From Marinifilaceae bacterium (GTDB lineage: Bacteria; Bacteroidota; Bacteroidia; Bacteroidales; Marinifilaceae), in NCBI GenBank assembly GCA_051656645.1, contig JBOGCH010000020.1:32501-56500 (forward strand): DNA of 24,000 nt, in the 5' to 3' direction. The first letter of the stretch is position 1; each line of letters opens with the position of its first letter. A program made the position numbers and the translations under genes. Shown here piece after piece: positions 1-7,249 of this stretch. The notes under the pieces were generated by a model. That model searched no databases. It was given only the letters and a program-made list of their open reading frames with translations, and was not told the origin of the DNA.

Positions 1-40
1 GTTTAATTAACCTTGTTTTAAGTAGATTGAGGATAGTTGT

Positions 41-71
41 TTTGATAAGCCCATTAGTTTTTATACATTTG
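41..71 (+). promoter_or_regulatory. Candidate Bacteroidetes sigma-A promoter upstream of ruvB: -33 TTTG at 41-44 and -7 TAcaTTTG at 64-71
   Basis: TTTG and TACATTTG are separated by 19 nt, matching the published Bacteroides consensus TTTG-N19-21-TAnnTTTG. The pair lies about 70 nt upstream of the ruvB ATG. Confidence 0.45.
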
Positions 72-139
72 GAACACAGAAGGGAAGATGTATTAGTGCA
101 TGATATTCAGGAGGTTTATATAAAAGCAACAAGGTTTTA

Positions 140-1162
140 ATGGAAGATTTTGATATAAGAGATGCAAAAGTCAACGATACCGAACGCGATTTTGAGCGCG
201 CGTTACGTCCGTTGGCTTTTAGTGATTTTCAAGGGCAGCAGAAAATAGTAGATAATTTAGAGATATTTGTTCAAGCGGCTAAAATGAGAAGTGAGGCGCT
301 TGATCATGTTATTTTGCATGGTCCTCCCGGATTAGGAAAAACAACGCTTTCCACTATTTTGGCAAATGAACTTGGTGTTGGGATAAAAATTACCAGTGGG
401 CCTGTGCTTGACAAGCCGGGGGATTTAGCCGGTTTATTGACAAATTTGGAGGAGAATGATGTACTCTTTATTGATGAGATACACAGGTTATCGCCACTTG
501 TAGAGGAATATTTATACTCGGCAATGGAGGATTATAGAATTGATATTATGATTGATAAAGGGCCGGCTGCTCGTTCTGTACAAATATCAATTAATCCGTT
601 TACATTAATTGGGGCTACAACTCGAAGTGGTTTGCTGACGGCACCATTACGAGCTCGATTTGGTATAAATTGCCACTTAGAGTATTATGATAATGACATA
701 TTATCCGGGATTATTACCCGTTCGGCTAGAATATTAAATACAAACATAACGTCGCAGGCGGCAAGTGAGATTGCGTCACGAAGTCGTGGAACACCTCGTA
801 TTGCCAATGCTTTATTGCGCAGAGTAAGAGACTTTGCCATGGTGAAAGGTAATGGAAGTATTGATTATGAGATAACGCGTTTTGCACTGGAGGCATTGAA
901 TATTGACAGTCATGGCTTGGACGAAATGGATAATAAAATATTACGAACCATTATAGATAAATTTAAAGGCGGACCCGTGGGATTAACAACAATTGCTACG
1001 GCTGTGGGGGAAGACGCCGGGACGCTGGAGGAAGTGTATGAGCCATTCTTAATAAAAGAAGGTTTTATGAAACGTACGCCGAGAGGGCGCGAAGTAACTG
1101 ATTTAGCATATAAACATCTAGGCGTGTTTAGTAAACCTGCTGAGGAAATGACCCTTTTTTGA
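140..1162 (+). CDS. ruvB: Holliday junction branch migration DNA helicase RuvB
   Basis: 340 aa. Walker [10 protein letters not shown], Walker B LFIDEIH, sensor region [16 protein letters not shown] and the [18 protein letters not shown] arginine-finger/winged-helix region are colinear with RuvB. Confidence 0.97.
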   Translation: MEDFDIRDAKVNDTERDFERALRPLAFSDFQGQQKIVDNLEIFVQAAKMRSEALDHVILHGPPGLGKTTLSTILANELGVGIKITSGPVLDKPGDLAGLLTNLEENDVLFIDEIHRLSPLVEEYLYSAMEDYRIDIMIDKGPAARSVQISINPFTLIGATTRSGLLTAPLRARFGINCHLEYYDNDILSGIITRSARILNTNITSQAASEIASRSRGTPRIANALLRRVRDFAMVKGNGSIDYEITRFALEALNIDSHGLDEMDNKILRTIIDKFKGGPVGLTTIATAVGEDAGTLEEVYEPFLIKEGFMKRTPRGREVTDLAYKHLGVFSKPAEEMTLF

Positions 1163-1337
1163 TAAGAAAAGAGGGCATAAAAGAAAGTATTTTAACCTAA
1201 AGATTGTTAATAATCAATTATTTTAAAACTAAAAATATAATTTTGCCTCACTTTGGCATTGAATGTGTTATTTAACACTTTAATGAGTAAGAAATTGCTA
1301 TAACAATGAGGTCTATTATTCATAAAAACTAAGCGTT

Positions 1338-2873
1338 ATGAGAAAGCAGCAAATAATAGTACTTTGTGTGGTGTTAGGATTGTCTTTGGTTGGGTTGATA
1401 TGCATACAAGCTAGTTATTTTCAGACAGCTTTTCAATTAAAGAAGGCACAGTTTGATTATACGGTTAACCAATCTATTGACGAGGTGATTGCTTATTTGG
1501 ATCACTTAGATAGAGAGCGTCAACGCGTGAGTTTAGCTGAGGAACAATTTCCATCAGTTGCAGATAACAACTTAGTTGGCGGTAATGATGATTTAAACTC
1601 GGTATGGCAAGACAAGATTAATTTACTTGTGGAGTATGAACTGAATGATGAGGGAAAAAGTATTGAAAATGCTAAACAGGATTTGTTTAGTAATGCAAAA
1701 ACAAACAATTTAAAGCATTCTATCAGTAAATCTAGGCAAGCGCTGAGAGAAAAGATAGGACATCAGTATGATGTTGTAATAAATGTGGTGGATAAACGTG
1801 CTGTGCTTTCATTGAAGGACAGATTAGAGGGAGTGCAAATAGAGCGTTTTTTAAAAGACGCGTTTAAGAATAATGGTATTAATGAGCAGTTTGAGTATGC
1901 CGTAAAGGAGCACCAAAGCTTTGTGATGAGTTCTGCGAATTTCTTTAACAGGTATTCAGAGTATAATTATTGCAAAGCTATATATATGGGTGAGACGCAG
2001 AAACTAGGAAGTTTCCACGTAAACTTTCCACATATGTCGGATGATGCCTGGGCATCGATACTTTTACTGTCGCCAAGCTTAATAATAACGTTAATACTAG
2101 TATTGTGTTTTGGTTTTTGTATAGTTGTTATTATTAGACAAAAGAAGTTGTCTGTAATCAAGAATGATTTTATTAACAACATGACACATGAATTTAAAAC
2201 GCCTATAGCAACAATTTCGCTTGCTTCGCAGATGTTGAAAGATGGAGCGCTAAACCATTCAACTGAAAGTGTTGAGCGTATTGCAGGCATAATACGCGAT
2301 GAGAGTAAACGTTTAACGTTTCAGGTTGAAAAAGTCCTTCAAACTGCTTTGTTTACAGAAAGCCGTATGAAGCTGAAATATAAAAAAGTGAATTTGAATG
2401 ATGTTGTAGAAAACATGGTTAACAAATTTGCTTTAAGGATTGAGGATAAGAAGGGACTAATAACGGCACATTTTGATGCAACGTTTGATGAGGTTTATGT
2501 GGACGAGGTACATATAGCCAATGTTTTCTCGAATTTATTGGATAATGCGATAAAGTATTGCGCAAAGTCACCCGAAATTAGTGTGTATACACGAAACAAA
2601 AAGGATGAGATAATTGTATCAGTTATAGATAATGGTATAGGTATTGCAGCGAATGATCAGAAAATGATATTTGAACGTTTTTATCGAGTGTCGACCGGAA
2701 ATTTACATGATGTGAAAGGATTTGGATTGGGATTGAGTTATGTAAAAACCATTGTGGAGTCGCACGGAGGTCGTATTGCAGTGGAAAGTGTTGAGGGTAA
2801 GGGAAGTAGATTTGACATTATTTTGCCATTAATGAATAAAAAACTAAAAGTCAAGAGAACCTTATTTTTTTAA
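1338..2873 (+). CDS. rprX: Membrane sensor histidine kinase (RprX-like), partner of the downstream OmpR-type regulator
   Basis: 511 aa. N-terminal TM helix, second TM (ILLLSPSLIITLILVLCFGFCIVVII), H-box MTHEFKTPIATI, N-box NLLDNAIKY, G-boxes DNGIGI and GFGLGLSYV. A 43-bp gap separates it from the regulator gene. The symbol is assigned by resemblance to the Bacteroides rprXY pair and is not verified. Confidence 0.85.
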   Translation: MRKQQIIVLCVVLGLSLVGLICIQASYFQTAFQLKKAQFDYTVNQSIDEVIAYLDHLDRERQRVSLAEEQFPSVADNNLVGGNDDLNSVWQDKINLLVEYELNDEGKSIENAKQDLFSNAKTNNLKHSISKSRQALREKIGHQYDVVINVVDKRAVLSLKDRLEGVQIERFLKDAFKNNGINEQFEYAVKEHQSFVMSSANFFNRYSEYNYCKAIYMGETQKLGSFHVNFPHMSDDAWASILLLSPSLIITLILVLCFGFCIVVIIRQKKLSVIKNDFINNMTHEFKTPIATISLASQMLKDGALNHSTESVERIAGIIRDESKRLTFQVEKVLQTALFTESRMKLKYKKVNLNDVVENMVNKFALRIEDKKGLITAHFDATFDEVYVDEVHIANVFSNLLDNAIKYCAKSPEISVYTRNKKDEIIVSVIDNGIGIAANDQKMIFERFYRVSTGNLHDVKGFGLGLSYVKTIVESHGGRIAVESVEGKGSRFDIILPLMNKKLKVKRTLFF

Positions 2874-2916
2874 AAGCGTATATTTTTCAGAGAAAATTAT
2901 TTAAAATGATATAGTT

Positions 2917-3606
2917 ATGGATGAGAGAATTAAAATTTTATTAGCCGAAGACGATACAAACCTTGGCATGCTGTTAAAGGAATATTTAAGAGCTAAAGGA
3001 TTTGATACAGTTTGGTGCGAAGACGGAGAAGTAGCTTATGAGACTTTTCTTGACCAACCATTTGATATATGCATCTTTGACGTAATGATGCCTAAAAAAG
3101 ATGGCTTTACGTTAGCAAAAGAAATTCGCCAAATAAATAGTGAGATACCTATTATTTTCCTTACAGCGAAAACAATGAAGGAAGATGTGTTGGAAGGTTT
3201 CAAATTAGGTGCTGATGACTATATGACTAAACCTTTCTCTATGGAGGAATTATTACTTCGTATTGAAGCGGTTTTGCGTAGATCTACAGGTTTAAAGCCA
3301 GAAGATGAGCAAGAAGTATTCAAAATTGGTAAGTTAACTTTTAATGCTAAGAAACAAACTCTATCTGACGATGTTGAAGAGCAAAAATTAACTACAAAAG
3401 AGTCTGAGTTATTAAAACTTCTTTGCATGAACGTTAATAAAGTTCTTGAGCGTAACTATGCGTTAAAACATATTTGGGCTGATGATAACTACTTTAATGC
3501 TCGTAGTATGGACGTTTACATTACTAAATTGCGTAAGCATTTGAAGAAAGACCCTACAGTTGAAATTATCAATGTTCATGGAAAAGGGTACAAATTAATT
3601 TTGTGA
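2917..3606 (+). CDS. rprY: OmpR/PhoB-family response regulator (RprY-like)
   Basis: 229 aa. Receiver motifs LLAEDD, DVMMPKKDG, LTAK and KPF. C-terminal winged helix (LTTKESELLKLL, YITKLRKHL, GKGYKL). Strong resemblance to Bacteroides/Porphyromonas RprY as I recall it. Confidence 0.88.
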   Translation: MDERIKILLAEDDTNLGMLLKEYLRAKGFDTVWCEDGEVAYETFLDQPFDICIFDVMMPKKDGFTLAKEIRQINSEIPIIFLTAKTMKEDVLEGFKLGADDYMTKPFSMEELLLRIEAVLRRSTGLKPEDEQEVFKIGKLTFNAKKQTLSDDVEEQKLTTKESELLKLLCMNVNKVLERNYALKHIWADDNYFNARSMDVYITKLRKHLKKDPTVEIINVHGKGYKLIL

Positions 3607-3626
3607 TGAAATAAATTAATAGACCT

Positions 3627-3664
3627 AAAAAATACGGATATTCAATGGATATCCGTATTTTTTC
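3627..3664 (+). terminator. Rho-independent terminator after the two-component operon
   Basis: Stem AAAAAATACGGATAT (3627-3641) pairs with ATATCCGTATTTTTT (3649-3663) around a 7-nt loop, followed by a T-run. Confidence 0.8.
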
Positions 3665-3722
3665 TATTTAATATTACCAAATAATATTCTACTTTTACGG
3701 AAAATTTCTAATTATAGTCAGT

Positions 3723-4157
3723 ATGAAGATAGCAATGGCTTGTGACCATGCAGGTTACGAATATAAAGAACAATTGAAAAAGTACCTTGAAGAACAAGGT
3801 TATGAAGTAAAAGACTTTGGAACACATTCGGAAGAGAGTATGGATTACCCTGATACGGCTCACCCTATGGCGAGTGCAGTTGAAAATGGCGAATGCGAGC
3901 GTGGTATTGCTATTTGCGGAAGCGGTAACGGAATTTCAATGACAGCTAACAAACACCAAGGTGTAAGATGTGCTTTGTGTTGGACTCCTGAAATTGCGTG
4001 GCTTGCGCGTTTGCATAATGACGCAAATGTGGTAGGTATCCCTGCGCGTTTCATTCCTTATGCTGAGGCACAAGAAATTGTGCACCGTTTCTTGACAACC
4101 GATTTTGAAGGCGGACGTCATCAAGCGCGTGTAGATAAGATTCCTGTAAAATGTTAA
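3723..4157 (+). CDS. rpiB: Ribose-5-phosphate isomerase B (RpiB/LacAB family)
   Basis: 144 aa. MKIAMACDHAGYEYKE N-terminus, the catalytic-loop motif ICGSGNGISMTANKH and NDANVVGIPARF are typical RpiB. Confidence 0.93.
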   Translation: MKIAMACDHAGYEYKEQLKKYLEEQGYEVKDFGTHSEESMDYPDTAHPMASAVENGECERGIAICGSGNGISMTANKHQGVRCALCWTPEIAWLARLHNDANVVGIPARFIPYAEAQEIVHRFLTTDFEGGRHQARVDKIPVKC

Positions 4158-4164
4158 GAAACAG

Positions 4165-4611
4165 ATGATAGTATGTAAATTAGAAGAGGTGGAACGCTAT
4201 GAGTGTTTACATCCTCGTTTTGGCCAATTATTTAATTATCTAAGAACTCATAATTTGTTGGATGTTGCTCCAGGACGTATTGATTTGGATGGAGATAATC
4301 TATACATTAATAATGGTGAGTCTGAGATGAAAACTGCAGCAGAGCAAATGATCGAGGTACATAAACAATACATTGATGTACATTTGCCTCTTGATAAGAG
4401 CGAAACTATTGGTTGGATATCTATTGCAGATATGAACCAAGTAGAAGTTGCTTATAACGAAGAGGGCGATTATGCTTTCTATGGTGATGAACCACACACC
4501 TACGTAACTTTACATCCGGGTGAGTGTATGATTGTCTTCCCTGAAGATGGTCATGCCCCAATCATTGGAGAAGGAAAGATGCGTAAAGCAGTTGCCAAAG
4601 TTTTGGTATAA
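4165..4611 (+). CDS. YhcH/YjgK/YiaL (DUF386, EbgC-like) family protein
   Basis: 148 aa. Family-typical HKQYIDVHLPL and the cupin-like C-terminal MIVFPEDGHAP. Starts 7 nt after the rpiB stop, so probably co-transcribed. Confidence 0.8.
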   Translation: MIVCKLEEVERYECLHPRFGQLFNYLRTHNLLDVAPGRIDLDGDNLYINNGESEMKTAAEQMIEVHKQYIDVHLPLDKSETIGWISIADMNQVEVAYNEEGDYAFYGDEPHTYVTLHPGECMIVFPEDGHAPIIGEGKMRKAVAKVLV

Positions 4612-4615
4612 GAAT

Positions 4616-4676
4616 ATATAAAGAATAAAAAAACGCGTTTGCTGTAATAGTAAACGCGTTTTTTTATTCTTTATAT
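4616..4676. terminator. Bidirectional rho-independent terminator (perfect 25-bp inverted repeat)
   Basis: 4616-4640 (ATATAAAGAATAAAAAAACGCGTTT) is the exact reverse complement of 4652-4676, with an 11-nt spacer. The A-run/T-run flanking a GC core gives a U-tail on either strand. It begins 5 nt after the stop codon of the YhcH-family gene. Confidence 0.85.
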
Positions 4677-4849
4677 CATAATATTTTATACTCCTAGTTC
4701 CTTACATTTATCGGCCGCTATCTTTACGCCATAGCTGTGACATATCTTTAATAACAGTCTCTAAATCTTTCTTCTAGACTGGAATTTATTCTGTTATTTT
4801 GATCCCTCGTATAGAATTAAGGAAAGACTCTATTTGTGTTTTCTCATTA

Positions 4850-5059
4850 TTAACTCAACCTTTTAGCCTTGTCGGAATGAAGTAATACGCTATGTTCCTC
4901 AATACTTTTATTTTTGTCCAAGAGCTTCATCCTAGGTTCAGAGGTGTAAAATTTTAGAAGTTTGCTAGTCTCATCTTTCGTAAAATATTCTTTATAACTG
5001 TTCATACACTTAAGTCCTAACGCATCATCCCCTTTTTCACGTGCAGATCTATGGAACAT
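4850..5059 (-). CDS. Orphan 69-aa hypothetical ORF, possibly a gene remnant
   Basis: It is the only ORF of at least 60 aa in a roughly 600-bp gap. The LLKFYTSEPRMKLL segment faintly recalls the FYxSPxGxKLL motif of DUF2059 proteins. It has no signal peptide and no other support, and in-frame stops lie close on both sides. Confidence 0.25.
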   Translation of the reverse strand: MFHRSAREKGDDALGLKCMNSYKEYFTKDETSKLLKFYTSEPRMKLLDKNKSIEEHSVLLHSDKAKRLS

Positions 5060-5120
5060 GCAAAAATTGAATAATTAGGCATAGATAAATAGTGATTTTG
5101 TGCCTTCCCTCCCATAACTA

Positions 5121-5150
5121 TTTGAAGCAATCAAATATTCCCTACCTTTG
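5121..5150 (+). promoter_or_regulatory. Candidate promoter for the histidine phosphatase gene: -33 TTTG at 5121-5124 and -7 TAccTTTG at 5143-5150
   Basis: Exact TAnnTTTG box with a TTTG 18 nt upstream, about 70 nt before the ATG at 5223. Confidence 0.4.
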
Positions 5151-5222
5151 CTTTTTGAGGAGTGAGCAAGGAGTTTACAATGCTTCTCCGAGAATAAAGT
5201 AGAACACAGTAATATAATTTTT

Positions 5223-5738
5223 ATGATAAAGCTAATCTTAACCCGTCATGGTGAGACATTGGAGAATCGGGTTCATATGATGCAAGGACATATTCCCGGC
5301 ACTCTTTCTGAATTGGGAATTCAGCAGGCGCATGATTTAGCCGCTTTATTGTCAGACGAGGCTATTGATCATATTATAAGTAGTGATTTGGCTCGTAGTT
5401 TCGACACAGCTAAAGTTGTAGCAGATAAAAAAGGAATGCAGGTACAACCTACAATCTTATTACGGGAGATTGATTGGGGACCACACACAGGAGGTAGATT
5501 AGATAAATTGGATTGGTATAACTTGCCCGAAGGCTGTGAAACCTTGGAGCAGCTTTATGGTAGGGCAAATGACTTTATTGAGTTTATAAAAGCAAACTAT
5601 AGTGATTGCACAATTCTTGCAGTAGGACATGGCGCCATAGACCGTGCTATAACAGCATTGCTTACCGGCAAAGAAGCTAAGGATATGCCTGATATGCCGA
5701 TAATTAAAAACACTTTTTGTCTTTATTTTGAGCTATAA
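5223..5738 (+). CDS. Histidine phosphatase superfamily protein (phosphoglycerate mutase-like, branch 1)
   Basis: 171 aa. The catalytic LTRHGET (RHG) motif is at the N-terminus, with a second catalytic His in VGHGAIDRA. It is short for a GpmA, so it is more likely a broad-specificity phosphatase. Confidence 0.85.
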   Translation: MIKLILTRHGETLENRVHMMQGHIPGTLSELGIQQAHDLAALLSDEAIDHIISSDLARSFDTAKVVADKKGMQVQPTILLREIDWGPHTGGRLDKLDWYNLPEGCETLEQLYGRANDFIEFIKANYSDCTILAVGHGAIDRAITALLTGKEAKDMPDMPIIKNTFCLYFEL

Positions 5739-5762
5739 ATCCGATTATATTTTCTATCTTTG
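5727..5762 (+). promoter_or_regulatory. Candidate rpsP promoter: -33 TTTG at 5727-5730 and -7 TAtcTTTG at 5755-5762
   Basis: Exact TAnnTTTG box 50 nt upstream of the rpsP ATG. The 24-nt spacing to the TTTG is longer than consensus, hence the low confidence. Confidence 0.35.
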
Positions 5763-5811
5763 TCGCTCCTATCGAGAATAGGGAAGTTTAATTATTTAAA
5801 TTAATAACAAA

Positions 5812-6348
5812 ATGGCAACTAAAATTAGATTAGCTCGTCACGGGCGTAAAGGTCAACCAGTTTATCACATCGTAGTAGCGGATAGCAGAGCTCCACGTGA
5901 TGGAAAATTCATTGAGAAATTAGGTGTTTATAACCCTAATACAAATCCTGCAACTATCGATTTGAACTTCGAAAGATCATTACACTGGATGTTAGTAGGT
6001 GCTCAACCAACTGACACTGCACGTAATATCCTTTCTTACAAAGGTGTATTAATGAAAAAACACTTAGTAGAAGGTGTACGTAAAGGTGCGTTTGATGATG
6101 CAGCTTGCGAAGCTAAATTTGCTGCTTGGTTACAAGCAAAAGACGCTAAAGTTCAAGCTAAAGTTGACGCATTAGCTGCTGCTGGAAACAGTGCTGCTAA
6201 AGCTCGTTTTGAAGCTGAAGTAAAAGTACGTGAAGAAAGAGAAGCTGCTCTAGCTAAGAAAAGAGAAGAAGCTGCTGCTGCCGCTGCTGAAGCTGCTGCT
6301 GAAACTGCAGAAGTTGAAACTCCAGCTGAAGAGACTGCTGCTGAATAA
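5812..6348 (+). CDS. rpsP: 30S ribosomal protein S16 with a long Ala/Glu/Lys-rich C-terminal extension
   Basis: 178 aa. The N-terminal [41 protein letters not shown] is canonical S16. About 90 extra low-complexity residues follow, as is commonly seen in Bacteroidota. Confidence 0.96.
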   Translation: MATKIRLARHGRKGQPVYHIVVADSRAPRDGKFIEKLGVYNPNTNPATIDLNFERSLHWMLVGAQPTDTARNILSYKGVLMKKHLVEGVRKGAFDDAACEAKFAAWLQAKDAKVQAKVDALAAAGNSAAKARFEAEVKVREEREAALAKKREEAAAAAAEAAAETAEVETPAEETAAE

Positions 6349-6358
6349 TTTTGACACT

Positions 6359-6895
6359 ATGTTGCAAGAAAAAGATTGGCTCAGAGTTGGGAAAATTGCG
6401 AAAACTCATGGATTGGGCGGAACAGTGGTGATCAACACCGAGAACGATCTTTTGGAAAAATATTCAGACGAACCGTTGTTCCTTCTTTTAGAAGGAGCTC
6501 CGGTTCCTTTTTTTATTGAAGAAGATGGTATCTCGCAGCGTAATCACACCTCCTATTTAGTTAAGCTAGAGTTTATAGACTCAAAGGACGAAGCTGATAG
6601 AATTGTGGGTCTTGAAGTATTGATGGACCTTACAACGCTTGAAGATGAAGATGACGAAGACCTTGTAGACTACGATGCTACTGTATTAATTGGTTTTACA
6701 GCCATAGATCAAAATACCGGAACGGAGGGAAAGGTACTAGATGTTGTCGACTATTCGGGTAACATTGTCGTAACCATTGATATCTACTCAAAGGAGATTC
6801 TAATTCCTTTGTCTGAAGTATATATGGTTGGCGTTGATGCCGAAAAACACGAATTGTATCTAAATATTCCTCAGGCATTAATTGAATTGAATTAG
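6359..6895 (+). CDS. rimM: 16S rRNA processing protein RimM
   Basis: WLRVGKIAKTHGLGGTVV N-terminal barrel motif and a C-terminal PRC-barrel-like region. Conserved rpsP-rimM synteny. I chose the ATG at 6359 (MLQEKDWLRVGKI) because the longer ORF from 6314 overlaps the rpsP tail. Confidence 0.88.
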   Translation: MLQEKDWLRVGKIAKTHGLGGTVVINTENDLLEKYSDEPLFLLLEGAPVPFFIEEDGISQRNHTSYLVKLEFIDSKDEADRIVGLEVLMDLTTLEDEDDEDLVDYDATVLIGFTAIDQNTGTEGKVLDVVDYSGNIVVTIDIYSKEILIPLSEVYMVGVDAEKHELYLNIPQALIELN

Positions 6896-6914
6896 GAATT
6901 ATGCTAAAATAGAA

Positions 6915-6955
6915 TTAGCCTCAAATAGTTTTATCTATTTGAGGCTAATTTCATT
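6915..6955 (+). terminator. Rho-independent terminator after rimM
   Basis: A 14-bp perfect stem, TTAGCCTCAAATAG (6915-6928) with CTATTTGAGGCTAA (6935-6948), has a 6-nt loop and is followed by TTTCATTTTT. Confidence 0.85.
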
Positions 6956-7073
6956 TTTAGGCATGTGTTAGCCCTATTGTATTTTCCGCTATGCCAAGAG
7001 GAGTAGTATCGTCACGTAATGCCTCTCTATTGGGGCTATTTTCGCACCCTCTCTTCTACCCCCGCTCCGCACT

Positions 7074-7140
7074 ATCTATACCCCATCTATATCCTATCTA
7101 TATCTCATCTATATCCCTAGGGGATATAGATGAGATATAG
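7074..7140. repeat. Intergenic element A core: four tandem 11-bp units followed by their inverted copies (20-bp perfect hairpin)
   Basis: The ATCTATA(T)CNC units lie at 7074-7084, 7085-7095, 7096-7106 and 7107-7117. TAG follows, then GGGATATAGATGAGATATAG (7121-7140), the exact reverse complement of 7098-7117. The centre contains CCTAGG. Confidence 0.8.
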
Positions 7141-7249
7141 CAAAACCATCTTTGCCCGCGGGTAAGTGAAAGGAAATGGTTTGTAAATTAACAATAACGG
7201 GGTTTATATATTGTTGCTTCTCTTTTTCTAACTCCTTTGCCTTATTTTA

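Noticed and set aside
1163-1337. A TAatTTTG box at 1238-1245 as a promoter for the kinase operon.
   Set aside because: The -7 box is exact, but no TTTG lies at the expected -33 distance (the nearest TTG is about 31 nt upstream). That is too weak to list as a feature.
1520-4497. Antisense ORFs inside the kinase, regulator, rpiB and yhcH-family genes (1520-1708, 1967-2290, 3219-3428, 3860-4054, 3936-4124, 4300-4497).
   Set aside because: Each is fully embedded opposite a well-supported gene and has low-complexity, Ser/Cys/Phe-rich composition typical of shadow frames.
6314-6358. The N-terminal 15 codons of the ORF-track rimM ([15 protein letters not shown]) overlap the end of rpsP.
   Set aside because: These codons are an alternative-frame reading of the GCT/GAA-rich S16 tail. 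RimM homology begins at the Met at 6359 (MLQEKDWLRVGKI), so the shorter start was used.
6991-7140. A 49-aa ORF (MPRGVVSSRNASLLGLFSHPLFYPRSALSIPHLYPIYISSISLGDIDEI) runs through element A.
   Set aside because: Its sequence is dictated by the tandem and inverted DNA repeats, giving a low-complexity peptide. It ends exactly at the end of the hairpin and has no recognisable fold or signal. It is most likely a by-product of the repeat.
7074-7140. The short repeats in element A, and those in element B at 17976-18076, were considered as a CRISPR array.
   Set aside because: The units are 11-13 bp with 0-9 bp spacers and occur in both orientations. There are no 25-40 bp repeats with unique spacers and no cas genes.
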